A stretch of DNA of 64,000 bases. Origin: a virus. Lineage: Duplodnaviria > Caudoviricetes. The translations under genes and the position numbers were made by a program. Location: positions 1,233 to 65,232 of IMG/VR virus record IMGVR_UViG_2660238583_000003; one strand, written 5' to 3'. Within the stretch, counting starts at the first letter, position 1. Each line of letters opens with the position of its first letter. The notes below the pieces were generated by a model, which was not told the DNA's origin, did no database searches, and saw nothing but the letters and a program-made list of their open reading frames with translations. Shown here in pieces: positions 58,968 to 64,000 of the stretch.

Positions 58968-59175
58968 GGGCTGCTCCAGGGCGCGGGGCAGCCAGGAACG
59001 CATGCAGGTGCTGCAGGCATTCACGGACGAGCTGTCGTTTAGATTGGCGCGAGTACTGGGCTCGGACCTGGCGAGCGGCACTCACTGCCAGCTCGAAATG
59101 ACTGCGCGCCACGAAATCGCGGCTCGCATTTTGTGGCGCGAAGGCCACGGTATTGCTTTGGATGGTCTGGTGCAT
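58960..59175 (-). CDS. Hypothetical protein containing palindrome copy 3
   Basis: GAGGT RBS, MHQTIQSNTVAFAPQNASRDFVAR. Confidence 0.55.
   Translation of the reverse strand: MHQTIQSNTVAFAPQNASRDFVARSHFELAVSAARQVRAQYSRQSKRQLVRECLQHLHAFLAAPRPGAAHE
59105..59140. repeat. Palindromic element copy 3, CGCGCCACGAAA-N12-TTTTGTGGCGCG
   Basis: Read directly. Confidence 0.85.
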
Positions 59176-59211
59176 ATATGATGACCTCACACAAGCGTTA
59201 CGAATGCAGTA

Positions 59212-59241
59212 CAAGAAGCCGGTCTAGCCACCGGCTTTTTT
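59212..59241. terminator. Intrinsic terminator-like hairpin
   Basis: AAGAAGCCGGT...ACCGGCTTTTTT. Confidence 0.65.
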
Positions 59242-59305
59242 GCGTCTGCGTTTTGGGTCGGTGGTGCTTTCAACGGCAGTTCCTCATGAGTCCCTCAGGG
59301 GCTTA

Positions 59306-59491
59306 TTAGCCCTTTCGAAACGACCGAACATTGCTTCGGCCAGGCTCAGTTCTCGTCATCCGGTTCAGAGCCTCATTGATGATTTGTGCCGCCAGTTGCT
59401 CAGGGGTTAAGCCCTTCTGCCTGGCGAGATACGCCAGATCCGAATTGCCCTTCCCGTCGAGCTGGATTCCCAGCTCTTTGCTCTCTGGCAC
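59306..59491 (-). CDS. Small hypothetical protein
   Basis: GGAGG RBS; 61 aa. Confidence 0.55.
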   Translation of the reverse strand: MPESKELGIQLDGKGNSDLAYLARQKGLTPEQLAAQIINEALNRMTRTEPGRSNVRSFRKG

Positions 59492-59509
59492 AGGGCCTCC
59501 TCGGCCACT

Positions 59510-59701
59510 TCAGGCCACGTCAGTCTTCGCGTTAAGCTCTTGCATCATCTGGTCGAGACCGCGCTCCAGAATTTCCCTGGCGAGCACGGCCTTTTGGGTG
59601 CGCTTGAATCGAGCCATCGCCGACAGCAGATCGTCGGCAGCCTCATCCAAGCGAACCTTGGTGGGCTTGTTGTGCAGGTGGTCGGGGTCGAAGTACGACA
59701 C
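59510..59701 (-). CDS. CII-position small DNA-binding protein (RHH-like)
   Basis: TKVRLD.....L...A......A.L.REIL; follows cro. Confidence 0.6.
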   Translation of the reverse strand: MSYFDPDHLHNKPTKVRLDEAADDLLSAMARFKRTQKAVLAREILERGLDQMMQELNAKTDVA

Positions 59702-59728
59702 GGTTGGCTCCTTTGTGGTTGAAAGTGA

Positions 59729-59977
59729 TTAAGCGGCGGAAAGCGCGTGGGTCGGATTGCTGTCGATCTGGCTCCACGGGAACGAAGGACACAGGTCGGC
59801 ACGATTCACAGCGCCATTCGTAAGCGCCTCAATCTGTAGCGCGCGCTTGGCTGGGACCGTGCGCTCTCCTGAACACCATTGGTTGACGGTTGGTGCCGCA
59901 ACATTCAGCCGGCGCGCCAATTCCGCCTGACTGCCCAGCACGCGGGATGCTTCTTTGGCTGCTTCTGCTGATTTCAT
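59729..59977 (-). CDS. cro: Cro/YdaS-like HTH repressor
   Basis: GSQAELARRLNVAAPTVNQW, IEALTNGAV.R.DL.P; divergent from cI. Confidence 0.9.
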   Translation of the reverse strand: MKSAEAAKEASRVLGSQAELARRLNVAAPTVNQWCSGERTVPAKRALQIEALTNGAVNRADLCPSFPWSQIDSNPTHALSAA

Positions 59978-60004
59978 GAGTTCTCTCCTGGAGATTTACC
60001 GATG

Positions 60005-60080
60005 AATATAAGGCATTACCTTATTTCTTACAAGCCATTGCCTAACCGCGCTGGAGATAGGCCTAATTAGGCAATGCTTA
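60005..60080. promoter_or_regulatory. OR-like operators and divergent promoters
   Basis: Related palindromes TAAGGCATTACCTTA (60009-60023), AAGCCATTGCCTAA (60032-60045), TTAGGCAATGCTTA (60067-60080); leftward TTGTAA-N17-TATATT. Confidence 0.7.
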
Positions 60081-60916
60081 CCGGACCAGAATTAGGTGCA
60101 GCCATTGATGCTGCGCGGATCGCCAAAGGCGTATCCAAGAAACAGCTCGCAGACGACTTCCAGGTGAAGCCTCCGTCGGTACAGGGCTGGGTGAAAAACG
60201 GCCGGATCGACAAGTCCAAACTGATGGACGTGATCGCTTACTTTTCTGACGTGGTGGGCCCTGAGCACTGGGGGCTTCGCCCTGGCTTCTCCTACGAGAG
60301 CATCCAGGACGTCACTTCGGAGCCTGTCGCAGAGCCGGCGCCAACCTCAGCTGCCGACATGGTTCGCGCCATGCTCGCCAAGCAAGGCAAGAACTTGTCG
60401 GATTCTGCGCGCGCGCAGTTGATTGCAGCCGCCGAAGCGACCGATGAGGGAAATGTGATTACCGTAGACTTCACCCGCCCTGGCCTGGTCGGAGATGAAG
60501 TCCGGATCGCCCACTACGATATCCGCGCTGCAATGGGTGGCGGCCAGCTCCCGCACGATTACCCGGAAATGCTCAAAGACATTCGCGTCAGTCCCAGTCA
60601 CCTGCGGGAAATCGGCGTCGAGTTCGAAGAGCATTACCACCTGAAGGTGGTCACCGGCTGGGGCCAGTCGATGGAGCCCACCATCAAGCACCGCGACCCG
60701 CTGATCGTGAACATCAACGTCCGCGAATTCGTCGGCGATGGGGTGTACCTATTCGTCTGGGATGACCTGCTCTACATCAAGCGCCTGCAGGTGGCTGATG
60801 AGGAGCACTACGAGATGATTTCGGACAACCCGCGGCACAAGGATCGACTGATCCGGCGGGACATGACCTACATCCAGGCGCGGGTGCTACTGGTCTGGAA
60901 CACACATCTTGTTTAA
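60074..60916 (+). CDS. cI: CI-like repressor (HTH plus S24 peptidase)
   Basis: N-terminal HTH, AMGGG cleavage region, GQSMEP (Ser), YIKRL (Lys). Confidence 0.9.
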   Translation: MLTGPELGAAIDAARIAKGVSKKQLADDFQVKPPSVQGWVKNGRIDKSKLMDVIAYFSDVVGPEHWGLRPGFSYESIQDVTSEPVAEPAPTSAADMVRAMLAKQGKNLSDSARAQLIAAAEATDEGNVITVDFTRPGLVGDEVRIAHYDIRAAMGGGQLPHDYPEMLKDIRVSPSHLREIGVEFEEHYHLKVVTGWGQSMEPTIKHRDPLIVNINVREFVGDGVYLFVWDDLLYIKRLQVADEEHYEMISDNPRHKDRLIRRDMTYIQARVLLVWNTHLV

Positions 60917-60952
60917 ACCTTACTGACATTTTTTCATTTATAAAAACCACAC

Positions 60953-62770
60953 ATGAACATAATCGGGCGTGACGCTTTAGACCAAAAATTTAGACATAAA
61001 ACTAAAGATTTTGAACCCTTCATTAGCCACATAAGATTTCCGAAATACCGAAATCTTGAACCTGGCCTAAAGCTAGACTTTTTATACCCGATAACAGCTC
61101 TCGTTGGTGAGAACGGAACCAACAAAAGCTCAATCATCAGAGCACTTTTCGGCGCCCCTGCGGACAACTCTCCAGGCACATTTTGGTTCTCGACATCGTT
61201 AGACCCTATAGAGGAAGAAGGCGGGACCCCCAACTGCCTAATTTACGGCTACCTCAACGAGCATGAGAACCGGATTGTTGAAGTTCTTAAAACACGTTCC
61301 AGATACGATAAAACAGTGGCGGGTCAAAACCCTGACTACTGGGAACCTTCGCGCCCGATAGTAAAATATGGCATGGAAAGAATGCCTCCAATTAAGACTG
61401 GCGCCCCCTTACCTAAAGGGCGATCAAAAACCAGATATAACGCAATAGCCAAAAAAGTCACTTTACTAGATTTCAGAACAGAGCTAAGCGCCTATGATAA
61501 ATTTTTTTACCACGGCGATTTTCTCAAAACTGAAAAAATAAAAACCAAGCAGGACTTCATTCGACACAAGTCAATTCATCTTCATGCCGCAATTGAAGCA
61601 AAATCGGCAAGTTACTTATATTATGGTAGAGATAAAATAGAAGACAAGCTCAATCGCGAACTTAGCAAGGATGAAACCGAACTTGTTTCATACGTTTTGG
61701 GGCGATCGTATAAAAAAATTGAAATAGTTGCGCACACGTTTTTTAAGAACCCTGGAAAAACTGTTCGTTTGTCACATTCAGACATTCGGTATTCAGAGGC
61801 ATTCGCAGGAAGCGGAGAGTTCGCGGTCGTCATGTTAGTGCTTGGCGTACTACAAGCCCCTCCAAACTCTCTAATCCTACTAGACGAACCTGAAGTTTCG
61901 CTACATCCTGGCGCGCAGGAACGACTAATGAAGCTGCTTATTAGCGAGGTCACAAAAAATAATCACCAGGTTATTTTATCTACTCACTCACCAGCGATTA
62001 TTAGGCACCTCCCGCCACCCGCAATCAAAACCCTCAGATTGAACGAAAACACTGGAAAGGTCGCTTTGGTTTCGCAGAGCCTGTCTCCAGACGATGCATT
62101 TTACTACATCGGTGAACCTTCAGCGACTAAGCTTACAATTATTGTGGAGGATAAGCTCGCCAAATCGATAGTGGAAAGAGCCCTAAAAAGCTTGGGGCCT
62201 CACGTTGAAAAATATGAAGTAATGTATATACCAGGTGGTGCGGAAGCCTTGTGGGCGACCTATGTTCCAATATTTTGCATTGCCGATCGAAAAGATATTC
62301 TTTTTCTTCTCGATGGAGACAAACGAAAACCTCCATTACGTAAATCCTCCTCAATACCAGAAGCGGAAAATGAAAGTCTCGGAGAAGAGATTAAAAAGCT
62401 AACCGGTTGTAAAATCGACTTCAAGATCGATGGGAACGGAAAAAGCGGCGGAAACAAATCTCAACTTTACTCTATGCAACGCCAATTTATAGATTGGACA
62501 TCGCAGTATGTTGATTTTTTACCAATGAATACTGCAGAGGAATTCATAGTGGCAAATAGCCCTTCTTTTTCAACGACGCATAAAAACCGTGACGCGAAAG
62601 AGATCATACTGGATTACGCAAAAACCCAACTTGACAGAGGCAGCGCAGACCAAATAAAATCTGAGGAAATTTTTACAATTCAATGTATTGAGCTAGCATT
62701 AATTCCTTTTAGCAATGCCGATTTCGAAAAAATACGCTCTCGAATCGAGAAATTCAATGATGGCAGATAG
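60953..62770 (+). CDS. OLD-like ABC-ATPase / TOPRIM nuclease
   Basis: Walker A variant GENGTNKS, signature-like AGSGE, Walker B/D-loop LLDEPEVSLHP, H-loop STHS, TOPRIM IVED and LLDGD; AT-rich. Confidence 0.85.
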   Translation: MNIIGRDALDQKFRHKTKDFEPFISHIRFPKYRNLEPGLKLDFLYPITALVGENGTNKSSIIRALFGAPADNSPGTFWFSTSLDPIEEEGGTPNCLIYGYLNEHENRIVEVLKTRSRYDKTVAGQNPDYWEPSRPIVKYGMERMPPIKTGAPLPKGRSKTRYNAIAKKVTLLDFRTELSAYDKFFYHGDFLKTEKIKTKQDFIRHKSIHLHAAIEAKSASYLYYGRDKIEDKLNRELSKDETELVSYVLGRSYKKIEIVAHTFFKNPGKTVRLSHSDIRYSEAFAGSGEFAVVMLVLGVLQAPPNSLILLDEPEVSLHPGAQERLMKLLISEVTKNNHQVILSTHSPAIIRHLPPPAIKTLRLNENTGKVALVSQSLSPDDAFYYIGEPSATKLTIIVEDKLAKSIVERALKSLGPHVEKYEVMYIPGGAEALWATYVPIFCIADRKDILFLLDGDKRKPPLRKSSSIPEAENESLGEEIKKLTGCKIDFKIDGNGKSGGNKSQLYSMQRQFIDWTSQYVDFLPMNTAEEFIVANSPSFSTTHKNRDAKEIILDYAKTQLDRGSADQIKSEEIFTIQCIELALIPFSNADFEKIRSRIEKFNDGR

Positions 62771-63787
62771 ATGACCATAAATGTCTTCGATTTTTTTTCG
62801 GGCTGCGGAGGCACGAGCTGCGGTTTCCGAAATGCCGGAATGAATGTACGGCTGGGTCTTGATATTGACCCAGACGCCGCGAAAACATATAGGTTCAATT
62901 TTCCTGAAGCCGAATTTATTGAAGCAGACATCCGAGCGCTTACTCCAGATGTGCTTTCAAAAATAATGCTTGGCATTGAGGGCAAAGTGCTATTTAGCGG
63001 TTGCGCCCCTTGCCAACCGTTCTCCAAACAGAATCGCTTCCAATCGAGCGATGATCCTCGACGCAATCTTCTTTCCGAATTTGGTAGATTTGTAGAGTTC
63101 TGGCTCCCTGACTATGTTTTCGTCGAAAACGTTCCCGGAATGCAGAAAGACTGCCTGAAAAGCGAAACTTTTGTTAGCTTCACCAAGCTACTGGACAAGC
63201 TTGGATACTCATATGATGCAGCAGTCGTGCAGGCCGCATCCTTTGGCGTACCGCAGACTCGGTCTAGACTAGTATTAGTAGCAGCCAAGCATGAGACTGT
63301 AAGTATACCGAGAGCGACTCATGGCGCGGGACTAGCTCCCTTCTCAACTGTGCGCGATTGGATTGAAGATCTGCCGCCTCTCGCAGCTGGAGAGGCTAAC
63401 CAATCGGACCCTGATCATTGTGCTATGAATCTTTCAGAGATTAATTTGCAGAGGATAGCCCACACCCTGGAGGGTGGCGGAAGAGAAAACTGGCCAGAAG
63501 AATTACTTTTAAACTGCCACAGAAATTATTCAGGTCATAGTGATGTATACGGACGTTTAGCCTGGGATAGGCCTGCTTCAGGCCTGACAACAAAATGCCT
63601 CAGCTACTCGAATGGCAGATTCGGCCACCCTAATCAAATGAGGGGATTAAGCTTACGTGAGGCTGCATCACTACAGACCTTTCCTAGAAGTTATCGATTC
63701 TTCGGCTCCTTGCAATCTCGTGCAAGGCAAGTAGGAAATGCTGTTCCGCCATTGATGGCCGAGAGCATTTCAACCGCTTTTAGCTAA
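62771..63787 (+). CDS. DNA (cytosine-5)-methyltransferase
   Basis: Motif I FFSGCGG, IV APCQPFS, VI ENV, VIII Q.RSR, IX REAA.LQTF, X GNAVPP. Confidence 0.95.
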   Translation: MTINVFDFFSGCGGTSCGFRNAGMNVRLGLDIDPDAAKTYRFNFPEAEFIEADIRALTPDVLSKIMLGIEGKVLFSGCAPCQPFSKQNRFQSSDDPRRNLLSEFGRFVEFWLPDYVFVENVPGMQKDCLKSETFVSFTKLLDKLGYSYDAAVVQAASFGVPQTRSRLVLVAAKHETVSIPRATHGAGLAPFSTVRDWIEDLPPLAAGEANQSDPDHCAMNLSEINLQRIAHTLEGGGRENWPEELLLNCHRNYSGHSDVYGRLAWDRPASGLTTKCLSYSNGRFGHPNQMRGLSLREAASLQTFPRSYRFFGSLQSRARQVGNAVPPLMAESISTAFS

Positions 63788-63829
63788 GATTCAGTTGTTG
63801 CCCACAATTGCGTGGGCTTTCAACCTCCC

Positions 63830-64000
63830 TCAGAAAGGCGTCTCTTCCTCCGCTCTCTCCTCCCCCCACCCCCGCTCCACGACCAGGTCTTCACGATCGT
63901 CTGCGCTCCCCTCCTCCCACCGAACCGTCACGCTCTCATCGTCGTTGAAGGTCAGGTCCAGCTCCGGCGTCTCGGCCAGCAGCCCCATCACCTCCTCCGT
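63830..64000 (-). CDS. DUF1654-like protein, C-terminal part only
   Basis: Manual translation ...EEVMGLLAETPELDLTFNDDESVTVRWEE...ETPF*. Confidence 0.55.
   Translation of the reverse strand, partial: TEEVMGLLAETPELDLTFNDDESVTVRWEEGSADDREDLVVERGWGEERAEEETPF

Larger units (their letters stand above)
21162..64000 (-). mobile_element. Lambdoid siphovirus prophage, extending beyond the right edge
   Basis: Contiguous lysis-tail-head-terminase-Q/nin-replication-cro/cI gene order starting at a tRNA att fragment; no sheath or baseplate genes. Confidence 0.95.

Noticed and set aside
45872-59140. CRISPR or mini-array interpretation of the repeated palindromes
   Set aside because: Copies are kilobases apart, with no spacer periodicity and no cas genes.
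60953-63787. Assignment to Gabija, PARIS, retron-OLD or DISARM
   Set aside because: The required partners (UvrD, separate AriB, RT, Drm helicases) are absent; ATPase and TOPRIM are fused and the only partner is a C5 MTase.

Overview
The window looks like a Pseudomonas-type chromosomal accessory region with three parts (host inferred from the tRNA fragments and phage gene families). (1) About 1-19.5 kb is a tellurite/stress-response island. It carries terZABCDE preceded by the Ter-associated biosynthetic genes (ATP-grasp, TerD-trypsin fusion, PRTase, HAD, StiP/PELOTA-like, HpcH/citrate-lyase-like, HAD). Envelope-type genes flank it (LprI-membrane fusion, DUF1523, TerD-vWA, DUF4236, lipoprotein). 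(2) About 19.3-21.3 kb is a scar zone with a decayed Dam methylase, 3' fragments of two different tRNAs (Ser-like and Pro-GGG) and three pairs of 12-nt-period direct repeats, consistent with stacked integrative-element ends. (3) From about 21.2 kb past the window end is a lambdoid siphovirus prophage, mostly on the minus strand. It contains lysis, tail (SGNH-esterase spike, GGGAAAG frameshift), a P22-like immI arc/mnt/sar/ant module, head, terminase, an HslV-like gene, anti-CBASS Acb2, Q/nin, replication, cro and cI. The integrase is not in the window. The best candidate for a new system is an AT-rich OLD-like ABC-ATPase/TOPRIM nuclease plus C5 DNA methyltransferase pair directly downstream of cI, the position of rexAB in lambda. 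A conserved 36-37 bp imperfect palindrome occurring three times in the prophage is also notable. All family calls come from motif recognition by eye; no searches were run.
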